A DNA stretch of 64,000 bases, taken from assembly GCA_951406725.2 (NCBI GenBank), contig OX597837.1:21266001-21330000 (forward strand), read 5' to 3'. Below the pieces are notes generated by a model. The model did not search any database and was not told the DNA's origin. It saw only the letters and a program-made list of their open reading frames with translations. The stretch is from Octopus vulgaris (Eukaryota). Position numbers and translations under genes: made by a program. The first letter of the stretch is position 1, and each line of letters starts with the position of its first letter. Shown here piece after piece: positions 26,556 through 39,375 of this stretch.

Positions 26556-27194
26556 TAAATACATATTACGTATATATCTATATATTTTGTCGGACTAACT
26601 ATTTGGATATATATATATATATTCATATATATACACGCGCACACATTTAATTTATACGGTGGATACTTATATTTAATTTAATGCGCCCCAAACTGAATTT
26701 TAAATGAATTAAAAATCATCCGCTTATTACAATCAAAGTTCCTGATATTGTTACCAAAATATTCAAGTGAACCATTACAACATCTCTACAATCACTATGG
26801 AGATGAAAACAGAATGCGTTATGTAGGAAAACGTGTGGGGTGATAGTGGGAGACGTGTGTTACGATCACGGTTAATGTTATGAAAATAAGTGGATCCTAA
26901 ATTCTTTATAATCGATCGAAAATTAACTGCTAATAATCAAAGGCTTTCGGAAAAGCTATCGCTACATCAAGGGGAAGGAAAAGAGTGCAAAGTTGGAGGA
27001 GGAGCAAAAGTGTGAGACATTAAAATTTTTGGAAAAAAACTTATATTCAGGATAAATTCATAAAATAGCGATGGCTATTTCAAAACTTCGTCTACTGTTA
27101 GCCTACTTCCACTACATGTGTATTAATATATATGTATGTATATATATACATTTACATACACACACACGCACACACTTTATGTGTTTATATGTAT

Positions 27195-27565
27195 ATCTTT
27201 TATTTCGTTCGGTTATTAGACTGCAGCCATGCTGGGGCATCGCCTTGAAGAATTTTTAGTCGAATAAATTGACCCTAGTACTTATTATTTTTTTGTAAAG
27301 TCTGGTGTTTCTTTCATCGCTCTTTTTTGCCGAACTGCTAAGTTACGGGGACGTTTACAAACCAGCTCCAGTCAAGCGGTGGTGAGAGGACACAGACGAA
27401 GACACTCATACATATATATGATGGGTTTCTTTTTGTTTCCGTCAAATCCACTTTGATTGACCTGAGGCTATAGTAGAAAAACACTTGCCGAAGATGCCAC
27501 GCAGTGGGACTGAACCTAGAACCGTGTGGTTGGGGAGCAAAGTTCTTACCACACAGCCAAGACTG
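27195..27565 (-). mobile_element. Family A SINE, full length
   Basis: Homology to family A. Confidence 0.85.
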
Positions 27566-27729
27566 TGATATATATATATACATAAAATAGAAGTTAGTTG
27601 AGGTGAGAGTCACCTTTTCAATAGCAATGTTTACTTACTTCTCATGATGTGATATCTTATTGGAATTATTCACAGATCGCCTTGATAATAAACATGGCTC
27701 ACATTAATCTGAGAACCCAGAGTTAGTAA

Positions 27730-28692
27730 TAATCTTTTCTATTATAGGCACAAGGCCTGGAATTTGGGGGAGGAGGATAGTCGATTACATCGACCTCAGT
27801 ACCTAACTGGTACTTCATCAACCCTGAAAGGATGAAAGGCAATGTTTACCTTGGCAGAATTTGAACTTGGGTTGTAAATACTAGGCGAAATGCTGCTAAG
27901 CGTTTTGTCCTTTGTGCAAATAATTCTGCCTGCTTGTTGCTTTAGATAACACTACTCGTAATAATTGCTTGAATCTTTGGTACAAAGCCAGTAATTTTAA
28001 AGGAGAGGGGTGGTGGTGGTCTAGACCGTGACATTGAACCTTGTACTTGACTGGTACTTCATTACATTCACTCTCTAGGGGGGAATGGCAAAGTTGAGCT
28101 CAGTAGAAATTGAATGCAGGATGTAAGCTCAGTAGAAATTGAATGCAGGATGTAAAGAATCAGAATGAATGCCACCAAGCATTTTAGTAATAATAATAAT
28201 AATAATAATAATGGTTTCAAATTTTGGCACAAAGCCAGCAATTTCAAGGGTGGGGATAAGTTGATTACATTGAATCCTGTGTTCAACCAGTACTTCTTTT
28301 ATTGAGCTCGAAAGAATGAAAGGTAAAGTTGACCTCGGCAGAATTTAAACTCACAGCATAAAAATGGACAAAATGCTGCCGAGTATTTCATCCGGTGTGC
28401 TAACGATTCTGCCATCATGCCACCTTGGACAATAATAATCATCTTTTCTACTATAGGCGCAAAGCTTGCAATTTAGGTGGGAAGGGGTAGTCAATTACAT
28501 CGACCCCCAGTGTTTAACTGGTACTTATTTCATTGACCCCAAAAAGATGAAAGGCAAAGTCGACCTCGGTGGAATTTGAACTTGGAATGTAAAGACGGAT
28601 GAAATTCTGCTAAGCATTTCATCCAACATACTAACAGTTCTGCCTTCTTGCCGCCTTAACGTTATTAATAATGGTTTCAAATTTTGGCACCA
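27730..28692 (-). mobile_element. Array of four family B SINEs plus a tail fragment
   Basis: Copies at ~27730-27945, 27975-28185, 28210-28428, 28445-28658, same orientation, mostly separated by (AAT)n. Confidence 0.85.
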
Positions 28693-29258
28693 ATGAACTA
28701 CTAAATCAAAGATGTTTTAGCCAAGTCCATCCTACCTTTATAATATATCATACATTATTCAGTATATCCTTACTTAATTAGGTTGAGTAACTTGTAAAGC
28801 GTTTTCCATTGTTGGTCAGTGTGCTTGTATTTGTTATTATTCTGGTGTGAAAATTTTCTTTTTTCCCACAGATTGATTAGGTTATCAAAAACATTATTTC
28901 ACATTTAGCAGTTTTTATAGTTTATTTATGTAAACATTTCACTATTTCTCTTTCTTTCTCACTCAAATTATTTTTTAAGGAGAAATTGATATATAATCGT
29001 CATTTTAATGTTCGTTTTTCCATACTTGCAAGTGTTGGATGGCATTTTATTGAAGTACAATTTTCTATGACTGGATGCCCTTCCTGTTGCCAACCCTTAC
29101 CTGTTATTTCGCAGCAAGGTAATATCTCCACAAGGCCAGACATGTTTTAGGAGGATACAGGAAATGGAATGACATTTATTTACAACAATCACATGATGTC
29201 AAGACAAGGAGCCTCAAACACACTCTTGCTCATACAAATACAGACACACACACATATA

Positions 29259-29650
29259 GGTGCAGGTGTGGCTGTGTGGTAAGAAACTTACTTCCAAACC
29301 ACATAGTTCAGGGTTCAGTCCCACTGCGTGGCACCTTTGGCAAATGTCTTCTACGATAGCCTTGAGCTGACTAAATCCTTGTGAGTGGATTTGATAGATG
29401 GATACTGAAAGAAGCTTATCATGTGTGTATATATATATATATACGTTTGTGTGTGTGTGTGTGTGTTTTTGTCCCCCTCCCCTCGCCATGACTTGACAAC
29501 TAATGTTGGTATGTTTATGTCTCCATAACTTAGCAGTTCAGCAAAAGAAACCAATAGAATAAGTACTGGGTTTGATTTCCTCAGCTAAAAAAAGATTTAA
29601 GGCAGTGCTCCAGCATGGCTGCAGTCAAATGACTGAAACAAGTAAAAGAA
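29259..29650 (+). mobile_element. Family A SINE, full length
   Basis: Head GGTGCAGGTGTGGCTGTGTGG to tail GACTGAAACAAGTAAAAGAA. Confidence 0.9.
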
Positions 29651-29654
29651 TATA

Positions 29655-30006
29655 TTCTTTTATTTGTTTCAGTCATTTGACTGTAGCCATGCTGGAGCAC
29701 TACCTCTAGTCGAAGAAATCGACCCCAGGACTTAGTCTATCGGTGTCTTTTTTACCGAACCACTAAGTTATGGGGACACACCAATATCGGTTGTCAAGCG
29801 ATGGTGGGGGGACAAACACAGACACATACACACATATGTATGTGACCAGCTTCTTTCACTATCCATCTACCAAATCCACTCACAAGGCTTTGGTTGGCCC
29901 GAGGCTATAGTAGAAGACACTTGCTCAAGGTGCCATGCAGTGGGACTGAGCCCGGAACTATATGGTTAGTAAGCAAGCTACTTACCACACAGCTATTCCT
30001 GTGCCT
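29655..30006 (-). mobile_element. Family A SINE, full length, tail-to-tail with previous copy
   Basis: Reverse complement of family A. Confidence 0.9.
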
Positions 30007-30729
30007 GTATATCTAATAGAAATGCAAAGTGGAATATATGGGGAACTTATCTGTCTTCATTGTTTCTATTATGGTCAATGTACACTGAGGAATTCCTACT
30101 GTAGATCCAGCAAGAATTGGGCAATTAGCGTCGATGACACCAGGTAGCCATAGGCAGTGAACGTGCTTTATCGGCTTACTCCCAGAGACATACCCAACAT
30201 GTAAATTTTAAAATTTTATTTTAATACTTACATATATGATGGGCTTCTTTCAGTTTCCATCTATGAAATACACTCACGTGGTTTTGGAGTTTATAATAAA
30301 AGGCACTTGCCCAAGGTGCTATGGAACTGGGCCCAAAGCCATATGTTGGGAGGCAAACCTTCTTACCACACAACCACGCTTGCCCTTATACCATCCCTAT
30401 GTCTATGCTTCACTTATACCTAAATGTGTGTGTGTGTGCGTTTACACGCACATACACATGATAAACAGTCCCAAATAAAAAATAAATGAATAAATTAGCA
30501 GTAAACATGTTTATTACAAGTGGTGGTTGTAGTAGTAGTAGTAGTAGTAGTAGTGTAAATTTTTACTGTTACTGCTACCACTAGTAACAAGTAGTAGTAT
30601 TTTCACCATGTTACTTTCATACTGGGATATGACTTAGTTTTTATGTATAGTCTGTTTCTGCTCTTGTCTGTGTCTGTATGTGTATTCATCACATGTTTAG
30701 TTTGTGAAGTAGACATCTTTCTCTAACAG

Positions 30730-30783
30730 ATGTCCAGAAAGTAGACGATGAAAACTTGATGAGTCAGATATTATTGACTCTAG
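30730..30783 (+). CDS. Candidate 54-nt internal exon, phase 1-1, (x)VQKVDDENLMSQILLTL(x); product unknown
   Basis: Acceptor TCTTTCTCTAACAG|, donor TAG|GTTAGC, length divisible by 3, only one open frame, unique repeat-poor flanks. Confidence 0.45.
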
Positions 30784-31214
30784 GTTAGCCTTGTGTTATA
30801 TACACGCACACACATGTACTTCTACATTCATGTGTGACTATATGTCTATGTATTGCCTACCCATCCTTCACTTTTCTCTGTTTCCTTCCAAATAGAATTT
30901 CGGAATCTTGATTAAATATATTTTTCTTTGATTTAGAAACGGTTTACTTATTTGGCGCTTAGAAACATATATGTCTCCTGCTGCATGTAGAGAGTCATGG
31001 TCGATGGAAGATGTGAAAATTAGCTTTGAATCCTGACAGCTTGTGTGTGTGTGTGTAACTTTATTAAGCGTGTGGGTATTTTCTTTGTGTAAACATGTTT
31101 ATATATGGATTTTTTTGGCTGTGTATGGTGTACATGCACAATTTATAGGTTTGTGTTGTGTAAATTCCATACAGATGTATATTATACATACATGCACACA
31201 CACGCACAAACATG

Positions 31215-31740
31215 TGGCTATGCGGTAAGAAGTTTGCTTCCAGCTACACAGTTCCATATTCAGTCCCGACTGTCTGACACCATGGACAAGTATCTTCTCC
31301 TTTAGCCATGGGCCACCCAAAACCATATGAGTGGAAACTAAAAGAAGCCTGTTGTGTGTGTGTGTGTTTGTTCCTCACCACTGCTTGACAACCAGTGTTG
31401 GTTTGTTTATGTCCATGTAACAGTGGTTCAGCAGAGTGACATCTTGGGCAAGTGTCTTCTACTATAGCCCTGGGCCAACGAGCCTTGTGAGTGGATTTGG
31501 AAGACAGAAACTGAAAGAAGGCCATTGTGTGTGTGTGTGTGTGTGGCCTCTATATTTGTCCCACACCACTGTTTGACAACCTGTGTTGGTTTGTGCATGT
31601 CCTCTTAGCAATTCTGCAAAAGAGACTGATAGAATAAATACCTGGCTTTTAGAAAGAAAAAAAAATACTAGGGGGCGATTTTCGTTCAACTTAAAACCAT
31701 TCAAGGCAGTGTCCCAGCATGGCTGCAGTCTGGTGAAAGA
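31215..31740 (+). mobile_element. Family A SINE dimer (second unit lacks the tRNA head)
   Basis: Body segment repeated: 31215-31435, then restart at CATCTTGGGCAAGTG ~31440. Confidence 0.75.
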
Positions 31741-31835
31741 TGAAAGTTAGGCTTATTAGAATGAAGAGGTAAAATGGAACTCAATACATCAGTGAGTTGT
31801 CAGATAAATTTGTTAATTTTGTTTTCTGTTTGTTT

Positions 31836-32436
31836 TAATCCTTTAGCCTTCAAATCATTCCGTCAAATTTAATACCTGTTTATTCACATTGTTTCGAATT
31901 AATCATGTGTTATTTCATAGCTTCTAGATTTTGATGACAATGATGATGATGATCATCATCAGTTAATGTCTGTTCTCCATGCTGGCATGGGTTGGACAGT
32001 TTGACCAGAGCTCGTAAAGTTAGGGGCTGCACTTGGCTCTATTGTCTGTCCTGGCAAGGTCTCTACAGCTAGATGCTCTTCCTAACACCATGCCCCTCCT
32101 TTTTAGAATGGCATTGAAGCATAGGTGTGATAGGCCGAATCTGGCTGGTTGGAACATAAAAAAGGTAACATATTTTGACCAGATGTGCCTGGTTTCACCC
32201 TTTAGCATTTAAACTGGCCATATCTGGCCCAAATATTTAACCTGTTTTACGGTGAAGCTGGCCAGATCTGGTATCACATACCTACCCTACAATGTCATTC
32301 TAAAAATATACAATCACATCATTGAAATCTTAAAGGTACAGGATAATACGGGATAAATTCAAAATAATGTGAATAAATAAGTGTCACATTTGAGAAAGTA
32401 ATCTGAATACTAAAGGATTAAGTGCTAAACGGTTAA
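31836..32436. mobile_element. TTAA/piggyBac-type MITE P1 containing a family C fragment (~31953-32090) and an inverted P1 copy (32198-32417)
   Basis: CCTTTAGC..GCTAAA(C/G)GG termini with TTAA-like flanks, homology to 39376-39601. Confidence 0.75.
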
Positions 32437-32604
32437 TCCTTATTTTTCAGTGATCAATTTTAACAAATCGGTCAACCCTCCTTCACTGTTTCCTTCTTGT
32501 CTATGTTCCACTAGCTTGTGAGTGCCTTGACAGTAAAAATCTCTTGACTCTAAAGAATTCTTTCAGTTCATGACAAAGGATTCATTGAGCCACATTTACA
32601 GTTC

Positions 32605-32970
32605 TTTTATCTTTTACTTGTTTCAGTCATTAGACTGGGGCACCGCCTTGAAGAATTTCTAGTCTAATGAATTGATCCCAAGACTTATTTTTTTCGTTAA
32701 GCCTCATACTTATTCTATCAGTCTCTTTTGCTGAACTGCTAAATTATGGCAATGTAAATTCACTGGTTGTCAAATGGTGGTGGAGGACAATCCCAGACAC
32801 ACACACACACAATGGGCTTCTTTCAGTTTTCATCTACCAAATCCACTCAAGGCTTTGGTTAGCCTGAGACTATACTAGAAGACACTTGCCCACAGTGCCA
32901 CACAGTAAGACTGAACCCAGAACCATGTGGTTGGGGAGCAAGCTTCTTACCACACTCCCATGCTTGCATC
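32605..32970 (-). mobile_element. Family A SINE, full length
   Basis: Homology to family A. Confidence 0.85.
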
Positions 32971-33042
32971 TGCATCACTAGTTGGCTCATTTGTTACTCA
33001 TTGCCCATGGGCAATTGTATCATGTGAGCATCCTGTCTACAG

Positions 33043-33140
33043 GACCAGTTCCTTCTTAGATTGGCTTGGATCCTCATAGATGAGTTTGTTCAATCAATCC
33101 TCATTGAACTGAATAAGTAGGCTGGAATGTAGAGAGACGG
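33043..33140 (+). other. Candidate 98-nt non-coding or poison exon
   Basis: CCTGTCTACAG| acceptor and strong CGG|GTGAGT donor; stops in all three frames. Confidence 0.25.
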
Positions 33141-33779
33141 GTGAGTTGAATTTTGAAAATCATTTTCGTATAGTTTTTTCGGTAATAGTTCTTTCTCCAT
33201 ACAGAACACAAATGTCTTGTGCTGCTTTGTCACCTTTGGAATGTTGCTTGAAAATGAAGAGAAGCAGGTGTTGAAAATGCTTATTTCTTTTCCTATTTAG
33301 TTCTCCATTGTCATCTGTCTGAAAATAGGTAAAATTCAAATTTGAAAAGCCATAAACAGAAGTTTATGTAGAGGTAAAATAGAGCTATTAAAAAAACCAT
33401 AAAGTACAATAAAAATATTTTTTTGTGTTAATTCAGTTAGCATTGGAAAGAAATAAATTTATCTGATAACACTATTTTTTTTTTTTTCCTATTTTTAACT
33501 GCTGAAAGTTACAAAAGTGGCTTGAGGGCCAAGAGTTTTGTGTCTGACACTTATGAAACTGACTTCAAATCTGAGGGTTTGTTTCTTATGCACTGACAAT
33601 GTAGCATTCTTTCTAGAATGTTCAAATCTTTCATTAAATGTTCTGTAAAAGAAACAAACCCTTAGATTTGAAGTTAGTATGGTTAAGTACCAGGCACAAA
33701 GCCCTCGGCCTTCAAGTCACATTTGTAAGTTACTGCTAATTAAAAATAGTGTGTGTGTCTGTTTATATCCTTATGTTCT

Positions 33780-33972
33780 TTTACTTAGACTTCAGCCATT
33801 CTGTAGAATTTTTAGCCAAATGAATCAACCCCAATACTTTTTTTATAAAGCCTGGTACTTTTTTTTTGTCGTCACTTTTGCAGAAACTGATAAGTTATGT
33901 GGATGTAAACACACCAACAGTGGTTGTCAAGTGATGGTGGTGGACAAACACAGACACAAAGACACACGTGTG

Positions 33973-34023
<51 letters not shown>

Positions 34024-34175
34024 GTGGGCTTCTTTTAGTTTCCATCTATCAGATTCACTCTCAAGGCTTTAGTTAGCCCAAGGATATAGTAGAAAACACT
34101 TGCCCAATATGCCACGCAATGGGACTGAACCCAGAACCATGTGGTTGGAAAGCAAGCTTCTTACCATGTAGCCAC
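33780..34175 (-). mobile_element. Family A SINE with expanded internal (TA)n
   Basis: Homology to family A. Confidence 0.8.
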
Positions 34176-34371
34176 ATATATATATAAATTTGTGTATATG
34201 TATACTTACATATAGATATATACACCCAAATGTACATGCTTATCTGTATACTGTTTTACATTGCTTCCACTGTAGTGTATGTGACTCATAGATGTTGGCA
34301 AACATTGACCCAATGCCAATGTTGAAAAATCACTTGTCATTAGTATATGTATATATATACTTGTGTATGTA

Positions 34372-34459
<88 letters not shown>

Positions 34460-35188
34460 TATGCATGCATTTGTGTGTGTGTTTATATTTATGTATATAT
34501 GTGTATGTGATATGCGAGGGTTGTGGTAGGCAAAATGTTTTTGGATTATCTTTTGTGCTGTTTCTATCTCTTACATAATTTACTTGAGCATGGTTTCTTG
34601 TTGACCTCTGTTACTATGCACCTATTTCCCCTTCTCTCTCTCTCCCTCCCTCTCACTTTTCTTTCACTTACATGTATGTGTGTTCAGAGTGGAAGCATAA
34701 TAATTATAGTAGTGTCAAGAATTGGCACATAACTAGTGGTAGTTGGTTTATATATACATATATATTCTTATACTAGAATGTTGTTGACAGTGACTTTGAA
34801 GTCATTGTCTACAATGTTCTTGAATAAGAATAATAAATATATACTCTACAAAAGTATAGAATAATGCATCAATCAGATTAATGTAAAATTGTTTTTATTA
34901 TAATTGAACATAAAAAATCCCCATTAACCCTTTTGAGGCACAGTTTTTTGGTATGTGTAGTCAAAAAAAAAAAACAAAATGTTTTTTCCATTGAGATTGA
35001 AAATGATGGGTGCATGTAGAAAACAAAGGATAAAGTAGCTAAAAGTACCTTATTAGTATGTAAAACTATATATATTGTATAGTTTTATGTTATATCTACT
35101 GAAAGATGATCCCCGTTTGTGTCAATGGATTGGTCTCAAAAGTCTTTTGCAGCTTGTATCACTTGGCCCAGGTGTCCCAAGAAAGTTA

Positions 35189-35248
<60 letters not shown>

Positions 35249-35519
35249 CATGCATTGAGTCGAACCAGGGGCAGTTGATGAAGGGGAATTTTCCTTGTAT
35301 TGTTTGTCCTGTACTCTGTTTTTTCATTGTTAAAAAAAGTCTGTTTCCTTGTTTGATTTTATGTTTTCGTTTCTCGTTGTATCCTATGTTTATTTGTGGT
35401 GTCCTGTACTCATATATATATATATGCATGTATATATTACATGTAGATGTAAGTATGTACATATATGTATGTATGCATATATTTTATTTATTTATTATAT
35501 TGTTATTATATATATATGT

Positions 35520-35812
35520 GGAGGCGCAACGGCCCAGTGGTTAGGGCAGCGGACTCGCGGCCGTAGGGTCGCGGTTTTGATTCCCAGACCGGGCATTGTG
35601 AGTGTTTATTGAGCGAAAACGCCTAAAGCTCCACGAGGCTCCAGCAGGGGGTTGTGGCGATCCCTGCTGTACTCTTCCGCCACAACTTACTCTCACTCTT
35701 TCTTCTGTTGGTCTGCTCGCTTAGCCAGCGGGGTGGCGTCATTTGAAAGGCTAAAACAATGCAAAGCGCATTGTGACCAGCGATGCGTAGCAACATCTGA
35801 TGGTCTGGTCAG
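35520..35812 (+). mobile_element. Family D tRNA-derived SINE, young copy
   Basis: GGCCCAGTGGTTAGGGC A box, GGTTTTGATTCCC B box-like, CpG-rich; first ~185 bp match 49690-50007 (-). Confidence 0.85.
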
Positions 35813-35972
35813 TTTATTAAATAAACTAGCCCTAGACACACTTATGCCTGAGGAAAAGATGGAATGGTCATAGCAGGAATGCTTTTATCAGCAATCTGTT
35901 TCTAATGAAGGATAGCACCAACAGCACTAACACTGACCTCTAAGTCTTTGATACATTCAAACAATGTGGATA

Positions 35973-36372
35973 AGGCGCAGGAGTGGCTGTGTGGTAAGTA
36001 GCTTGCTTCCCAACCACATGGTTCCGGGTTTAGTCCCACTGCGTGGCATCTTGGGCAAGTGTCTTCTGCTATAGTCCTGGGCCAACCAATGCCTTGTGAG
36101 TGGATTTGGTAGACAGAAACTGAAAGAAGCCTGTCGTATATATGTATATATATATATGCTTGTGTGTGTTTGGGTGTCTGTGTTTGTTTCCCTAGCATTG
36201 CTTGACAACCGATGCTGGTGTGTTTACGTCCCCGTCACTTAGCGGTTCGGCAAAAGAGACCAATAGAATAAGTACTGGGCTTACCAAAGAATAAGTCCCG
36301 GGGTTGAGTTGCTCAACTAAAGGCGGTGCTCCAGCATGACCGCAGTCAAATGACTGAAACAAGTAAAAGAGT
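35973..36372 (+). mobile_element. Family A SINE, young full-length copy
   Basis: GGCGCAGGAGTGGCTGTGTGGTAAG...GGCGGTGCTCCAGCATGACCGCAGTCAAATGACTGAAACAAGTAAAAGAG. Confidence 0.9.
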
Positions 36373-36469
36373 AATAGCTGCAGATGTGGCTGTGTGGTAA
36401 GATGTTTGCTTCATCACTACATGGGTCCAGGTTCAGTCCCAGCGATATATGTACATAGAATAAGCATGG

Positions 36470-36745
36470 TGCTTATTCTGTCAGTCTCTTTTCGATAAAC
36501 TGCTAAGTTATAGGGATGTAAACAAAACAACACTGGGTTGTCAAGTTGTGATGAGGGCTAAACACAAATATGAAGATGCACAGATAAATAAACACATGCA
36601 TATATGATGGGATTCTTTCAGATTTTGTCTACTAAGTCTGCTCGCAAAGCTGTGGTTGGCATGGGATTATAGCCGAAGACTAGCCCAAGGTGCCAAACAT
36701 TAGGACTGAAACCAAAACCATATGGTTGGGAAGCTTGTGCTTACA
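36470..36745 (-). mobile_element. Family A SINE, old partial copy
   Basis: Homology to family A. Confidence 0.7.
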
Positions 36746-37694
36746 TATATTTATCTGATTAATGAGAGAGACAAGTTGGAAGATACCAGAATGTTTATTA
36801 ATCACTACAACTGTTTTGACCCATCTAGCATTGATCCCTCATGGGTGGGATACTTAACAACTGGTTTAGGAGCATCTGTTGGTGGAGATGTGTCTCTTCA
36901 GATGATTACAAGATGTATCTCATTAAAATAATGAGTGTTCTGCAAGATATTTTCTCAGTTTGTTTATAGAAAAGCAGAAATTCAAGGGATACAGCTTCAT
37001 TTCTATAGAAGAATCATAATAAATAACAGATGCATAAAGAAATGAATACACACACATGTATATACCAAATGTATAAATGAGCTTGCATGTTGCCCAACAT
37101 TACATAATGTTGTTATATTGCTATCCTTATAGTTACCGTCATTGTCATAAGAATGCTTTTTTTGTGGTTATTTGGTCTACTAGAATTACCATAAATGTCT
37201 GAAAGCCCCACCTTACCATTCTTAAAAGAAAAAAAAGAAAAAAATGAAGAGCATGTTGGATAATGTAGCTTTAGCTATGCTACATGTATTTGAGAAAAAA
37301 ATTGTTAAAATGTTGGACAGAAAACCTTGTATTTGGTGAAATTTTGAATTGAAATTCTGCTGAGGCTGACTTTGCTTAATATTCTGCAGAGGTCAGAGAA
37401 ATGAATTGCAGAATCTTTTATCAAATGCTCTGTGAGGAATTGTGTTTCATTCTGTATAAGGCACAAAGTCCTCAGCCCTTGAATCATTTTGTAACTTTCT
37501 GTCAATTAAAAATTGCTTCTTGTTTCTCTGAGGTTGATAAACTATCACCTGACAAAATTAAACGTCAACTAAATTAACAAAATGGAGTCATTTCAATTGG
37601 TTAAAAGCTCTTTAATGTTGTGCTGTAGCCTGGCCAGTCTTATGTCACAAGCTGTAAAGGAATAAAAGTACAAGGCCTGAATATAGAAAGCAGT

Positions 37695-38060
37695 TGCAGG
37701 CATGGCTTTGTGGTAAGAAGTTTCCTTACCAATCACTGAGTTCCAGGTTCAGTCCCACTGTGTGGTACCTTGGTCCTTGATCTTCTATTATAGCCCTGGG
37801 TTAACCAAAGCCTTTTGAGTGGATTTGGTATACAGAAACTGAAAGAAGCTTGTTTGTGTGTATGTTTGTATTTGTCCCACAATACCACTTGACAACCAAT
37901 GTTGGTTTGTTTACATCCCTGTAACTTGGTGGTTCAGCATATAGTATAATTACCAGGTTTAAAAAAAGTATTGAGGTCAATTTGTTTGACTAAAACCCTT
38001 CAAGATATTGCTCAGCATGGCCACAGTCCTACCGGCTGAAACACTTAAACAATAAAAGAC
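37695..38060 (+). mobile_element. Family A SINE, full length
   Basis: Homology to family A. Confidence 0.85.
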
Positions 38061-38609
38061 TTATCATGAGTAGAGAATCTTAAATCTCACATCCCTTTGA
38101 TAAACAATTACATTATGGTCACAGATATCTCTGTCTCATCAGCATAATCTTCATTTACAACAGTTTACCATTTTTTCCCCTTATAGACAACATCACCTTG
38201 ACATTGTCACAATTACCAACATTCTTCCTCCTCCTCCTTCTCAGCTTCCATCCACATCTCCATCACTCTACTATATTTATTATCACCATTGCCATCCTTT
38301 TCTCCCAACAACCATCCTCACCATTGCTCTCACTGTTGTGACCTACTCTATCTACATTCCTATGACCAGTATCTATCTTTTCTCCACCACAGTTTTTCCC
38401 AGTAGAAAGTCTCCTCAATTAGCGAAGGGTGTAAATAGTCTCTATGCCCCACACCCAGTTTCACCAAATATGACAAGGACTTCTGGTCTGCACCCTGTGA
38501 CACTGTTTTCATAGGCTTTGTTCTCCCTCCTTTTCTTTTTTTTGTTGTTTAATTTTCTTTTGAAATGTCACACATTTCATTAGTAACTACTAGTAAACAG
38601 TGTAATATT

Positions 38610-39040
38610 ATCTTTTACTTGTTTCAGTCATCTGACTGCAGGTCATGCTGGGGCACCACCTTGAAAGAAATTTAGTCAAATGAATCTACTCCAGTACTTA
38701 CTATTTTTTGTAAAGCCTGATACTTATTTTATCAGTCTCTTTTGCCAAACTGCTATGTTACGGGGACGTAAATATACCAACATGAATTGTCAAGCAATGG
38801 TAAGGAACACACACACATACATATTTGACTGGCTTCTTTCAGTAGTTTCCATCTACCAAATCCACTCATTTAGCTATGTGTATGTGTGTCTGTGTTTGTC
38901 CACCACTACTGTTGGACAACACCAATGTTGGTGTATTTATGGTCCCTGTAACTTAGCAGTTCAGCAAAAGGCACCAATAAAATAAGTACTAGGCTTTAAA
39001 AAAAAAGCCCTTGGCCACAGTCAGATGACCGAAACAAAAT
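38610..39040. mobile_element. Two family A 3' halves in opposite orientation
   Basis: Minus copy ~38610-38868 followed by plus tail ~38875-39040. Confidence 0.7.
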
Positions 39041-39375
39041 ATGATTTGGTGTCTCCTTATCTTGACATCAAATGGTAGCTGTAAATGAATCCCAGTGTCA
39101 TACAACAGTGTTCTTTATTTCCATTGTTCCATGAAAACATATCTTGCCATAGAGTGATAATACCTTACTTGGAAACAGGTGAGGGTTGGTGATGGGACGA
39201 GCACCAATCAAGCTTCATCCAACCTCTGGAAGAATGGATGTTGATGATGATGGTGGTGAGGTTGAGGAATTGAATGCCTCGCACTTCAGTTGCTACTTCT
39301 CTACCGAGTTCAGATCTCATTGGTGACCCAGTCCACCCAACCTCATATTCTGATAGAATAATTTCTAGCCTCATT

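Noticed and set aside
28098-28155. 29-bp perfect tandem duplication
   Set aside because: Ordinary local duplication inside a family B SINE
28872-28880. Possible 9-nt microexon after a strong acceptor TTTTTTCCCACAG
   Set aside because: Donor GTTATC is weak and the phase-1 reading contains TGA
35520-35595. tRNA gene
   Set aside because: A and B boxes present but no convincing acceptor stem or terminator, and the sequence continues into a SINE body shared with another copy
36321-36372. Hammerhead ribozyme in family A tail (hairpin-GAAAC-AA-GTA)
   Set aside because: The CUGANGA core is absent upstream of the hairpin
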